Positions 37,880 to 50,000 of a stretch of 64,000 bases of DNA are shown one piece after another. Numbering within the stretch: position 1 is the stretch's first letter; each line of letters starts with the position of its first letter. This DNA comes from Mobula hypostoma. Lineage: Eukaryota. The stretch is from NCBI RefSeq assembly GCF_963921235.1, contig NC_086097.1, positions 168,146,001 to 168,210,000 on the forward strand, read 5' to 3'. The notes below the pieces were generated by a model. That model did no database searches. It was not told where the DNA came from and saw nothing but the letters and a program-made list of their open reading frames with translations. The position numbers and the translations under genes were made by a program.

Positions 37880-38738
37880 TGTTACGTACCCCGTAACTGG
37901 GTTGCCAAACCAGCAGAAATGGATCACTCAGTTGGAGTCTGGAGTACTAGAACTAAGAAAGTTTTATTAAAGAAACAAGCAACACAGTAATCGAAAGGAT
38001 AATAAATGCAATAATTCAACAATGATAACCACACATGTGCACAGAATTAAGATAACAGCATCAATCAAGCTCTATCGTTGTCTAGGGGTAAATGACCAAT
38101 TTCAAAATGACTCAAAGTTCAGTCCAGTTAGTAGTCCAGTTCGCAGTAATCGTTGCCATGGCGATGGACAAGGTGGGGGAAGAGAGACATAGAATAGGAA
38201 CAACTGATCATTCAGAACGGCTTCACTCACAGACCAGCGAGATGGCTCACAAACAGCATTTGGGCGGGTCCTTGGTGATGTCACCTGAGGTCACCGACTG
38301 TGACCCCTCCTCCAGATGCGGTCGATCCTCTGCAGTGAACCCGGCACCCAGGCAAGGGCGGACACACACCGGGTTCCCGCTGATCGTACCTTTCCACCCT
38401 TGTCGTTGTCTGGCACTTCTCACCCACTCGTGAGAGGCGCACCGCTTCCAGGGTCTCGTTACCTCGGGTGGCGTGTGTGTCTGTCTTAGCGAACCTGTCC
38501 CTTTTTATCCCCCTGCTGGGGTATCGCCTGTCCATCACTTCAAACAGTTCAGGGTTCAAAGGGGGGAGCCGCTCCAGACAGCTCTCTCTCCCACATCCCT
38601 TCATTACACATCTCCAGACGCTGCTCCATTGTTCCTTATCTCTCCTTCCCCTGAGGGCAGGTGGCAGACCAACTGCTGATGCCACTGATGCTAGCCCAGG
38701 CCAGCAAACATCTTAATTTTATGTGTATTCTCGTAACA
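37880..38738 (-). repeat. 5' LTR (859 bp)
   Basis: TG...CA ends, adjacent to the PBS; about four substitutions versus the other LTR, counted by eye. Confidence 0.95.
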
Positions 38739-38995
38739 ATATACACACACTCTTTTTCTCTCTCTCCTTTTTCTCCCTCTTTCCCTCTCACTATACCCCT
38801 TGCCCATCCTCTGGGCTTTTTCCCCCCCTCCCCCTTTTCTTTCTCCCTGGACCTCCTGTCCCATGATCCTCTCATATCCCCTTTGCCAATCACCTGTCCA
38901 CCTCTCCATCCCTCCCCCTCCTGTCTTCTGCTATCATTTTGGATCTCCCCCTCCCTCTCCCACTTTCAAATCTCTTACTAACTCTACCTTCAGTT

Positions 38996-39031
38996 AGTCC
39001 TGACAAAGGGTCTCAGCCCGAAACGTTGACT
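38996..39031 (+). ncRNA. Degenerate minimal hammerhead motif in the PLE 3' terminus
   Basis: AGTC-CTGACAA-A-GGG tctcag CCC-GAAA-CG-TT-GACT; stem I AGTC/GACT; core G8 mutated at a CpG. Confidence 0.55.
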
Positions 39032-39398
39032 GTACCTCTTCCTAGAGATGCTGCCTGGCCTGCTGCGTTCACCAGCAGCTTTGATGTGTGTTGCTTGAAA
39101 TTCCAGCATCTGCAGATTTCTTCGTGTTTGCGTTGACCCTTGATGTGTGTTTTCAGGCACCAGTACCTCTTGCCTCATGGCAGCAATGATAAAAGAGTGG
39201 GGATCTTTAATAATGGATGTCATCTTCGTGAGAGCCTATTTACATGCTGTCTGACTCTATGATAAGTGATTCTATAATTCTGGGTAGATTTCAAGGGAGG
39301 GTAAATGAAAGTAGGTGGGAGGAAAGTAAATGCGACAGTGTTGCAGCAAAGAAGAGTGCCTGTGTGACGTTCTTGTGTCCTCTTATCTTTGTTCTAAG

Positions 39399-39532
39399 AT
39401 AATCAGGGAAGCATTAAGGATTGAAAAGCGAGTGCAAACAAAATCCTCAGCAGCAGACCTTGTTACAGAAACAGATCAGCTTGTTGAAAACCTTATCATC
39501 TCTACTTTAAGCAAAAAGTTTCCTTCACACAG
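39399..39532 (+). CDS. IMPA2: IMPA2 exon 2 (134 nt)
   Basis: Pyrimidine tract + ttctaAG acceptor; [44 protein letters not shown](R); donor AG|GTAAGG; contains the [10 protein letters not shown] IMPase motif. Confidence 0.96.
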
Positions 39533-40489
39533 GTAAGGTAATTTTGAATTACATTGGTAGGCTAATCATACCTTTTGATTTAGCATCTTTTCCACTATTC
39601 CCCACGACCTGAAGGTTACATTGAACAGAAAGGAATATGTGGTTAATTTATGGCTGTGCAAAACCCTGATTAGTCCTGTCTGAGTTCAGAGCTGTGAGTG
39701 TAATAGGCCTTTATTCAGTACAAGTAAGTGTACTGGGATTATAGGGGGAAGAATCTCCCCAAAACTCAAATGTATTGTTTTTATCCTTTTTATTAAAAAA
39801 GGCAGGTGATCAAATGCGAGTTCACAATGACTTGCTTTCCTTTAAAGCTTTGGGCATGGACAAGTACATTTACAATGGGAACACATCTTCAGTAGCTAGA
39901 TCATCTTTAACTATTGAAGCATCCATGTTGAGACATGGCAGTTTGCAGCAATAGTCTAAACTAAAGCTTCTGAGGATGAAACACAGACACCCAAAGCATC
40001 AGTCTTTTAGTACAGCTTTGTGAAGGTTAGCTCTTTGAATACACAGATACCCAGGTATTGATTGAAAGGACAAATTGGATTACAACTATTCTTGGGTTTC
40101 CATGTGGGAAAATAGCCAACCTATAGCCTGCAGTGCCTTTAATCCTGGAATTAAACCACAAGACTTCTTTATATCTATTGAGTCCCCCAACAATGAATGT
40201 CATACTTGGTGTAGTAGTAACTGGGGTTTTGATGTGATCCAATTAACCTGTGGTCCTAAGATAGTACTTGTACATTTGGCCTATGCATATAAGGATGTCT
40301 CATGGTCATATCACATTTGTTCTAATTTTCAATATATCTCTCTCTGTGAGATGGTCATCTGCTGCCTTCACAGACAATGGTATTTGCTTAAGCAGCAGTC
40401 CTTGTAATTTCAAAACTGATTACTGGTTACTTGTAGAAATAGCCTAGTGGCTGGTTCTTGCTTGTATGAATAGATATCTTGCTCCTACA

Positions 40490-40803
40490 GGTGGCATGAT
40501 AGCATAGTGGTTAGCACCATCCTTTATGGCGCTAGCCTTAAGATTGGGGTTCGATTCCCACTGCTGTCTGTGGGGATATTGTACCTGCTCCCTGTGACAC
40601 TATGGGTTTCTCCACATGCTCCAGTTTCCTCCTACATTCCAAAAATGTACATCAGTGAGTTGTGGGCATGCTGTGTTAATGTCAGAAGCATGGTGACACT
40701 TGTGGGCTATCCAGCATAATCTTCACTGATTTGATGCAGATGAAGCCTTCCACCATATGTTTCGTTGTACCTGTGACAAATAAAGCTAATCTAATCCAAT
40801 CTA
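40490..40803 (+). mobile_element. tRNA-headed SINE (V-SINE/HE1-like)
   Basis: Box A tagcatagtgg (40500..40510), box B ggttcgattcc (40548..40558), gtttcctcctacattccaaa core, aataaagc(taatc)n tail. Confidence 0.7.
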
Positions 40804-42639
40804 GTTTAACTCTTCAACCTTGACTCTGAAGCATGGAGTAAGGCCTCAGCTCCAAATGAAAAATTTGATGAATCTCCAAAAGTGAAAGCCTATATTTGGA
40901 GGATCTCACAAAGTGCTGGAGGATCTCAGCGGGCCAGGCAGCATCTGTGGAGGTCAATGAGCAATCAACATTCTAGACCCTTCATATGGACTCATATTTG
41001 GATGGTGGATTGACTATCAGCCTTGGGAACGACCAGGACATTTTCACGTGCAATTTTATAAATACAGTTTAACAAGCGATGTTAAAGAGTGTATAGTCAT
41101 CTGCCTTCAAAAATAGTTTTAAAATTCACATGAGAATGACTCTGCAAAGCTTACTGAACCATTTGATAATTTTATTCCTCTAGATTCACCAATTTCTTAC
41201 TACAAAATTCTTTTACATATGAATACAAAAGAAAATGAATGCTCCTTAAATAGCCTTTTCATACATGCACAGTTGGTGGGATTTCTTGATTTTTGACTCC
41301 TGATGATGGGACTAAGTACACAAGGCTACCTCCAGTAGACAGAATTATAAGCCAACAGGAAGCACAAATACAGGGGAGTTAATGGTCCAGGTGCAGGGCC
41401 TCAACGTGAAACATCAGCAGTCCATATCCTCCATTGGATGCTGCCTACCCACAGGGTTCCTCGAGCCAATTGTTTTTTTGCTCCATATTCCACCACCTGT
41501 AGTGTCTTGTGTCTTCACCAATAAAAAGTATTTTGGTAGTGAATCATTAGTGTTTAAAAACTTGCCTGGATTGCACCAACGTTGGAAATTCATCGCTGTG
41601 TTGTAAACCACTAAAGGGAAATTGGCTACAGTGGAAGTGAATTACTGCTTGCCAAAGGTAGAGTATAGTGCATGACCACAATGGTATTATGTGTTTACTG
41701 CCACTAACAGCCTGTAGATTTCTATTGCACTGCACTGCACTTTCAAAGTTCAAAGTAAAATTTATTATCAGATCAAAAAATGTCACAAGTTACAACACTG
41801 AGATACATTTTCCTGGTTGTATATGATGACAAATACTGTATGTACTTTGATAATAAGTTTACTTAGAACTTTTGAACTTTGTACCCTGGCCACCACCTTA
41901 AAGATTTATTTGCTCTGCAACTGGATTTGATGTGTATTGTGTATGAAATGCACTGCAGTTACTTGCCCAGTTTACTACAGCAGGAGCTGTGAGCCAAGCC
42001 CTTGACTTCTACCACCAGTAGAAAGGACAAAGGATAAAGGTCACCACTACCTACAGGTCCCATCACAGTCACACACTATCCCAATCTGGAAATGTTTTCA
42101 GTCTTTCAGTACTAGGTTTAAATGATGGAACACACTTTGTGATTGTTTGTATTTTCTCTTGGTACTTGGTTTTCCTACTAAATCTTAAAAGATGTGCCAT
42201 TTGGTAGGTTAATCGGTTACTATAAATTATTCATAGTATAGTTGAATGGTAGAAGAATTTGTTAGTGGAGAGGGTGTTGATAGAAATGTGAGAAAGTACA
42301 GGTTACAGCAAACAGGTGGGGAATTAGCCTGTCGGAAGAGCCATCGTAAACTTGATGGGCTGAATAGCTGCCTCCAAATGTGTGAGCTGAATGAGAAATA
42401 TATGACTGCAGCTGCTTTAGAAAGTGGCTCACCAACACCACCTCAACAGCAATAATGGGGGTTCAATAAATGCTAGTCTTGCCAAGAACACACAGATCCT
42501 GAAAAGTGAGCATATAAAAAAGCACTTGAAAAGGGAAAGAAGTAGAGATTCCTGCGTCTCTGTATAAGAATCCCTTCATGATCAGCCTGATGATTAGCAT
42601 GTTTTTAATTAATATTTTAGAACTCTAGCTTGACTTGGG

Positions 42640-43030
42640 AATTAGAATCAGGTTTATTATCACTGATGCAAAATTTTTATTTTTGCAGCACCAGTATAGA
42701 GCAAAGACATAAAATTGCTATAAATTCCAAAATAAATAAACGTACAAAAAAGGAATAATTGGTTTGTGTTCAAGGTCTGTTCAGAAATCAGAGGGGAAGA
42801 TGCTGTTTCGGAAATGTTGAATGAAGCTCTTCAGGCTCCTGGTGGTAGTAATGAGAAGAGGGCACGTCCCAGATGGTGAGGGTCATTGATGATGGATGGG
42901 CCTTCTTAAGGCACTGCCTTTTGAAGATGTCCTCAATGGTGGGGAGGGGTTGTGCCTGTAATTATGCTGGTTGAATCTACAACCCTACAACCCTCTGCAG
43001 CCTCTTGCTATCCTGCATACTGGAGCATTC
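42640..43030 (-). mobile_element. Rex1/Babar 3' fragment
   Basis: Similar to 25508..25970, including the gaatcaggtttattatcac tail. Confidence 0.65.
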
Positions 43031-45104
43031 AGAGAGTAGTCTCAATTCAGCAAGAAGAAAAGTCTAAAGAGGAGTAATTTTCATCTGAGATGCTGTCCCA
43101 TTGACCCATTCAGTCTTAACAAGTTGAGCTATGCAATCAGAATCAGAATAAGTTTTAATAACACTGGCGTATGTAGTGAAATTTGTTTGTTTTTTGCGGC
43201 AGCAGTACATTATAATACATAATAAAAAAAACTGTGAACTACAATAATAAGTATACATTAAAAACAAATTAAGTAAGACTATAAAAAGAGGAAAAAATTG
43301 TTAGGTAGTTTTCAAGGACTCATTGTCCATTCATAAATCTGATGGCGGAGGGGAAGAAGCTGTTCCTGAAACATTGAGTGTGAGTCTTGGGGCACTGTAC
43401 CACCATCTCGATGGTGGCAATGAGAAGAGGGCATGTCCTGGCTGATGAAGATCCTTAATGATGGATACCACCTTATTAGGACATGTCTTTTTGAAGGTGT
43501 CTTCGTTGCCGGGGAGGCTAGTGTCCATGATGGAGCTGGCTGAGTTTACAACTAACTTGAGCTTCTTCCAATCCCATGCAAGGGTCCCTCTATACCAAAC
43601 AGTGAGGCAACCAGTTAGTGCGCTCCACGGTACATTTGTAAAATTTGAGTGCCTTTGGTGATGTAGTAAGTCTTCTCAAACTCCTAATGAAATATGGCAG
43701 CTGTCGTGCCTTCTTTGTAATTGCATCAATATGATGGACCCAGGATAGATCTTCAGAGATGTTGGCACCTAGGAACTTGAAACTGCTCACCCTTTTCACT
43801 GCTGATCCCTTGATGAAAATTGGTGTGTGTTCCTCGATTTCTCCGTTCTGAATTCCGCAATCAATTCCTTGGTCTTACTGACATTGAGTGCAAGGTTGTT
43901 GCTGTGACACCACTCAACCAGCTGATCAATCTCACACCTGTACGCCGCCTCATCACCATCTGAAATTCTGCCAACAACAGTTGTGTCATTGGCAAATTTA
44001 TAGCTGTCATTTAAGCTGAGTCTGTCCACACACTCATGGGCGTAGAGCGAGTAGAGCAGTGGGCTAAGCACACAACCTTGAGGTGTGGTAGTGTTGATTG
44101 TTGGTGAGGAAGAGATGCTGTCTTTGATCCACATTGAGTGTGGTCTTCCAGTGAGGAAGTCAATAATTGAGTTACAGAGGGATGTACAGAGGCCCAGGTT
44201 TTGGAGCTTGTTGTTTAGAAGTGAGGGAATGATTGTGTTAAATGCTGAGCTGTAATCAATAAACAGCAGCCTAACATAGTTATTAATTTTGCCCAGGTGA
44301 TTAAAGGCCGAGTGGAGAGCCAGTGAGAATGCATCCACTGTAGACCTATTGTGGCAATAGGCAAACTGCAGCGGGTCCAGGTCCTTGCTTAGGCAGGAGT
44401 TGATTCTAGCCATGACCGATATCTCAAAAACTTCATCATCGTACATGTGAGTCAACTGGGCAATAGTCATTGAGGCAGCTCACCCTGCTCTTTTTGGGCA
44501 ATGGTATCATTGTCACCCTTTTGAAGCAAGTAGGAACCTCCGAGTGAAGCAATGAGAGATTGAAGATGTCCTTGAACACTTCCCCAGTTGGTAGACACAG
44601 GTTTTCAGAGCCTTACCTGGTACACCATCAGGACCTCGCGCCTTGTGAGGGTTTACCCTCTTGAAAGATGTTCTTTTATCTATCTACGAGGCAGAGATCA
44701 CAATGTCACCCGACGCTACAGGGCTTTGCACAAGTGCAGTTTGTTCTTCCTTTCATAATGTACATAAAATATGTTGAGCTCATCTGGGAGTGAACCATCA
44801 CAGCCATTCGTGATGTTAGATTTTGATTTTTAGTAAGTAATGGGCTGCAACCTCTACCAGAGTTGACATGCCTCTGAGGCCATCTCTAACCTCAATCAGA
44901 ATTGGGTTTTTTTGCTCTTAAAATAGCCTTTCAAAGGTTGTACCTGGACTACTTTTATAGTATTGGATCACCAGTCTTGAATGCCACAGATTTATCCCTC
45001 AGCAGACTATGAATCTCCTGTTTCATCCACGGATTTGGTTTGGCTATGTCTGGTACATTCTCAAAAGCACTCACTCATCCAAACAAGTCTGGATAAAGCC
45101 TGAG

Positions 45105-46437
45105 CTCAGTGGTGGGGAAGATGTTGGAGTCAATTGTTAAGGATGAGTTTATGGAGTACTTGGTGACACAGGATAATATAGGACAAAGTCCTATAGGGAA
45201 AATGGTTTTCTTAAGGGAAAATCTTGCCTGACGAACCTGTTGGAATTCGTTGAGAAGATTACACATAGGATAGATAAAGGGAATGCAGTGGATGTTGTAT
45301 ATTTGGACTTTCAGAAGGCCCTTGACAAGGTGCCACACATGAGGCTACTTACCAAGTTAGGAGCCCAAGGTATTTCAGGGAAGTTACTGGCATGTTTAGA
45401 GCATTAGCTGGTTGGTAGGAGGCAGCGAGTGGAAATAAAAGGATCTGGTTGGCTGCCAGTGACTAGTGGTGTTCCGCAGGGGTTGGTGTTGGGACTGCTT
45501 TATATGATGTATATCAATGATTTAGATAATGGAATGGATGGCTTTGTTGCCATGTTTGCAGATGATGCAAAGATTGGTGGAGAGGCAGGTAGGGTTTAAG
45601 AAACAGGTAGGATGCAGAAAGACTTAGTCAGATTAGGAGAATGGGCAAGAAAGTGGCAAATGAAATATAATGTTGGAAAATGCATAGTCATGCATGGAAA
45701 TAAATGTGCAGACTATTTTCTAAACGGGGAGAAAATACAAGAATCTGAGTTGCAGAGGGACTTGTGAGTCCTTGAGCAGAACACCCTGAAGGTTAACTTG
45801 CAGGTTGAGTCGGTGGTGAGGGAGGCAAATGCCATGTTAGCATTCATATCAAGAGGTCTAGAATACAAGAGCAAGGATGATGTGATGCTGAGGCCTCACC
45901 TTGAATATTGTGAACAGTTTTGGGCCTCTCATCTCAGAAAAGATGTGCTGGCATTGGAGAGGGTCCAGAGGAGGTTCAGAAGGATGATTCTAGGAATAAA
46001 AGGGTTACCATACGAAGAACGTTGATGGCTCTGGGCCTGTACTCACTGGAATTCAGAAGAATGAGGGAAGATCTCATTGAAACCTTTCGAATGTTGAAAG
46101 GCCTAAATAGAGTAGATGTGGAAAGGATGTTTCCCGTGGTGGGGGAGTCTAGGACAAGAGGGTACAGCCTCAGGATAGCGGGGCATCCATTTTAAAACAA
46201 AGGTGCGAAGAAATTTCTTTAGACAGAGTGTGGTGAATTTGTGGAATTTGTTACCACAGGCAGTTGTGAAGGACAGGTCATTGGGTGTATTTAAGGCAGA
46301 GCCTTAAAGGTTATGGGAAGAAGGCTGGGGTGTAGGGCTGAGGAGGGAAAGAAAGGATCAGCCATGATTGAAGGGTGGAGCAGACTTGAGCAGGAGCAGA
46401 CCTAATGGCTAATTCTGCTCTTATGTCTTATGGTCTT
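45105..46437 (+). mobile_element. CR1 3' fragment (RT + C-terminus), nested
   Basis: YLDFQKA.DKVPH, SGVPQG, FADD (tttgcagatgat), RPHLEYCEQFWA; (tcttatg)n tail. Confidence 0.9.
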
Positions 46438-46444
46438 GAGGTCT

Positions 46445-46960
46445 AAGTCGGTGACTATACACACCGGCTGTGTGGCAAAAAAAAGCACAACAGCGTCTCT
46501 TCCACCTCAGGTGACTGAAGAAGTTCGGCATGAGCCCCCAAATCCTCAAGACCTTCTGCAGGACACCATCCTGACTGGCTGTATCACCACCTGGTATGGG
46601 AACTACACCAACTTTGATTGCTGGGCACTACAAAGAGTGGTACGGGGACAGCCCAGTGCATCTGTGGATGTGAACGTCCCTCTATTGAGGACATTTACAG
46701 TGGTAGGTACATAAAGAAGGCCTGGAAGATCAGGTACACCAGTCACCCCAACCATAAACTGTTCCAGCTGCTTCCATCTGGCAAACGGTACCACAGTATG
46801 AAAGCCAGGACCAACAGGCTACGGGACAGCTTCTTTCTGCAAGCCATTAGACTTATAAATTCACATGTCTGTACATCGATACAAAGTCATAACAGAAAGA
46901 TTTTTACTCCCTCACGTTGTGGGACAGATGTAAGATTTAAATAAATTCAAATTAATTCAA
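46445..46960 (+). mobile_element. Rex1/Babar 3' fragment, nested
   Basis: ILTGCITTWYGN and HPNHKLFQLLPSGKRY...RTNRLRDSFF. Confidence 0.82.
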
Positions 46961-48053
46961 AATTGTGGTCTATTCATTCACATTTGAAGATGAATTCCTG
47001 AATATTGTCCAGCCCACCAACTTAGAGCAGTCATACATGCACTCCTGTGCCCCGTTTGACTATACCTCTTGGTCCTCACCACTCGTGTTTTAGTCTTTAG
47101 CCTCCGCCTATATGCTGGGAGAAGTACAGCTGAGCGATCAGACTTTCTAAAGTGCGGGCGTGGGATGACACAGTAAGCATTCTTCATGGTGGTGAAACAG
47201 TGGTCAGGTGTGCTGGCTTCTCTGGTTCCTCATGTGATATGTTGGTGGTAGTTGTTCAGAGACTTCTCCAAGCTGGCCTGGTTGAAATCCCCCAGTTAAT
47301 GAGGTAGAATGTACATCCCTACCAGGATGATGATGGAAGACTCCCTCAGCAGATAAGAAGGATGATATTTCACTGCTAAATTTTCCAGATCAGGTAAACA
47401 GGACTGAGACTGAACAGCCACATCGGTGCACCATGATGAGTTAATCAGAAAGCATACTTCACCACCTCTGTTTTTAAAAGACTGAGCTGCTATGCCTTTG
47501 TGGGGAATGGTGAAGCATGTGCTGGAAATGTCGAGGGACAGCCATGTTTCCATCAAGCAAAGAACACAAAGTCCCTTATGTCCCTCTGGAACAGCAATCT
47601 TGCTCAGAGGTCTTCAATTTTATTTTCCAGAGACTGTACATTCACCAACAGGATAGCTGGGAGTGGTATACCTAAGGCCACAGCATTACAATCGTACCTG
47701 TAAACCGCCACACCATCCCCGCTTCCATTTTCTAAAAGGGGATCTGCATTCACAACCATCTGCATCCGGGGTCCTTCGATTTTTGAGTATCGATAGATTT
47801 TTTTTTTAAACATCTTAAAATGGTGTTGCTTACTGAAGTACCCACGGATGTGACTGGATTTCAGCTGTAGTTGTCCTAAATGGGAATATTTGATTATCCC
47901 TATCGGAGCTGCAAGTAAATAGTCGCCACTTAATCAGCGACATCTTTTAGAATTGTAATAGTTACTAGTTGATGCAAGTCAGTTTGTAGAACTGGATGAA
48001 TATACATAACACGTGATGGACTTTCTTTCATTGAATCTGCTTTCTTGTTGCAG

Positions 48054-48158
48054 GTTCATTGCAGAAGAATCGGTTGCAGCAGGTGAGAAGTGCATTCTGA
48101 CTGATGATCCCACCTGGATAATAGACCCCATCGATGGAACATGCAACTTTGTGCATGG
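48054..48158 (+). CDS. IMPA2: IMPA2 exon 3 (105 nt)
   Basis: ttgttgcAG acceptor; [34 protein letters not shown](G) with the metal-binding EE and WIIDPIDGT signature; donor GG|GTATAA. Confidence 0.97.
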
Positions 48159-49329
48159 GTATAAACGATATCTACAACAGTTTACATTTCACTTCTTTTT
48201 CGTAGGAAACTGGATGATGCAATGGTACTAAAACCTAATGCAACAAGAGGAATCACCCCTTGGGGTGAAAAATGTGGTTCCATGAGCATGCTCATTAAGT
48301 CCTACTTCAGTTCAGTTGAAGTTCTAGTGGAACCGACTTCAAAAACACGTTTGTGGTTTTATTTTGTCTTGCTGCAACGAGCTTGATTCTATTGAAAAAC
48401 TTAAGTTCCACTGCGCAAGGCAGTAGTAAAACAACTAACATCCGTGCATTTTTTTTTACACCTAAGGATTAAGGATTTCACTTTGAAAGCAAATTCCCTT
48501 GAAGTTGACTATATCCCCAAATGGAACTTTGGAAATGGGTTTTGAAACTGTATATATTTCCCTCGGTATGGGAAACACCCATGGGGTTTCTGCAGTGGGG
48601 CTGTCCAGCATTGCTGCAGTTACAGAGAGAGCCAGATCTCAGTGTTTCTTCCAAAGTACTGTTGATGCTAATTTTGGATTTGATAAAACCAAATAAGGTC
48701 ATTATTGCATATTCAAAAAGGAAAGTTGTTTCATGGAGTTTATTATAAGATTTTTGCTTAGAGAAATGTTTTGTGAGGCAGCATATGACAGATAATAACT
48801 CCACACCAGCTCATTGATTTAAGGCAAGGTCATAGCTAACCAGCTTGTTATGAAATATTGAAGAGGTAACAAGGAGGATTGATGAGAGAAGCACATTTCA
48901 CACAGTTAAGATGGATTTTTAGCAGACTAATTTGGGGAATAAAATCTCTATGGGGTACATGGGGGTCACAAACTCACAACTGTAACACCGCAGAAGGTCC
49001 GTTGGCTCAGTGGATTCACACAGCTCAATATAGAACCAATGTGGTCAGTCCCATTTTCCCATTCTTTACCTTGGCCTTGCAAATTATTTCCCTTCAAATG
49101 CCTATGCAATTCCCTTTTGAAAGATTTGGAAGATCCGCTTGTTTGATGCTGTTTCCACCATCTCTCGGAGGCAGACAATTCCAGATCGGTTACCTTTTGG
49201 GTAAAAGACATTATCCAACACCTCTGCCAACTTCACAACCCTCCCCCCGCTCTATAATTTATGTATTGTTTGATCAGGGATTTAAGTCTGGGAAAAGTCT
49301 GATCCAGATCGGCTTAGGGACAGAAGCAA

Positions 49330-50000
49330 AGAAGTTCTGGTGACTGGTGGGCTGTTTGCGGTGAGGTTCCGCTGGGCAGGTACTTCGCTGTTCATGGTAT
49401 ATGCCAATGATTCAGGGTCCACAATCTAGAAGTTTGCTGAATAGAAAAAAAAAAGATCAAGTGGTGATTGTGAGGCTGAAGGAAATATTCAGTGGGATGG
49501 ATCATTTGAGTGGGCAAGTGGCGTGTGGAATTCATGTTGGAGAAGATTCAAGTAATGCATTTGAAACGGGCAAAAGAGGAGAGGGAAAGGCAATAAATGG
49601 TAGGGAATTGAAAAGGATGGAAGAGCAGGAGTTCTTGGTATGCATGGCCAATAGGTGGGCAAGACAGCAAGTCAAAGTAGTCAAGAATGACCATGGAATT
49701 GCTGCTTTTATAGACCCAGCCAGAAAATATTTTAAGATCAGGAAGATCATGGTCAAACTGTTTTATTCAAGAGTTAGGCTAGAGCCGGAGTTGTGTTGAA
49801 GTTTTGGTCACCATGTTACAGGAAGGCTGTGTTGGAGCCGGATGAGAGGCTGATAATACTTAGTGACATTATCAGAGATTGAGAAGAGTGATTACAGGAA
49901 GGGAGAGGCTAGGTTAGGTTATATTCAATGGAGTAGAGGGCTGGGTAAATTGAACAGGAAGCAACTGTTTCCCTAATCAGGGAAGCTGATAACTGGGCAT
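49330..50000 (+). mobile_element. Highly degenerate CR1 fragment
   Basis: Traces such as INGREL..EEQ and YSRVRLEPELC..FWSP. Confidence 0.5.

Larger units (their letters stand above)
33946..38738 (-). mobile_element. Young Gmr1-like Gypsy LTR retrotransposon, non-autonomous (4793 bp)
   Basis: 859-bp LTRs TGTTACG...CGTAACA, TSD ATAT (33942..33945 / 38739..38742), tRNA-Pro PBS, PPT and a single ORF. Confidence 0.96.
32781..39131 (+). mobile_element. Penelope-like element, 5'-truncated, interrupted in its 3' UTR by a Gypsy element
   Basis: LRYIDD, FLDL, YKPTDSH (RT); YCVRCSRCGLLYIGETRRRLGDRFAEH...GMN (GIY-YIG); 3' UTR resumes at 38743; TSD gttgacccttgat at 32768..32780 / 39132..39144. Confidence 0.93.
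43135..47946 (-). mobile_element. Near full-length decayed Rex1/Babar LINE (APE endonuclease + RT), split by two inserts
   Basis: LPAILLVNVQSLENKIEDL, ETWL, GGEVCFLINSSWC (EN); LDPLQFAY..NRSTVDA, LLFIDYSSAFNTI, PQGCVLSPLLYSLY, KFANDT (RT); (ttctga)n tail. Confidence 0.88.

Noticed and set aside
48478..49799. Cluster of 65-154-aa ORFs in intron 3
   Set aside because: No coherent domains; they overlap degenerate CR1 remnants.
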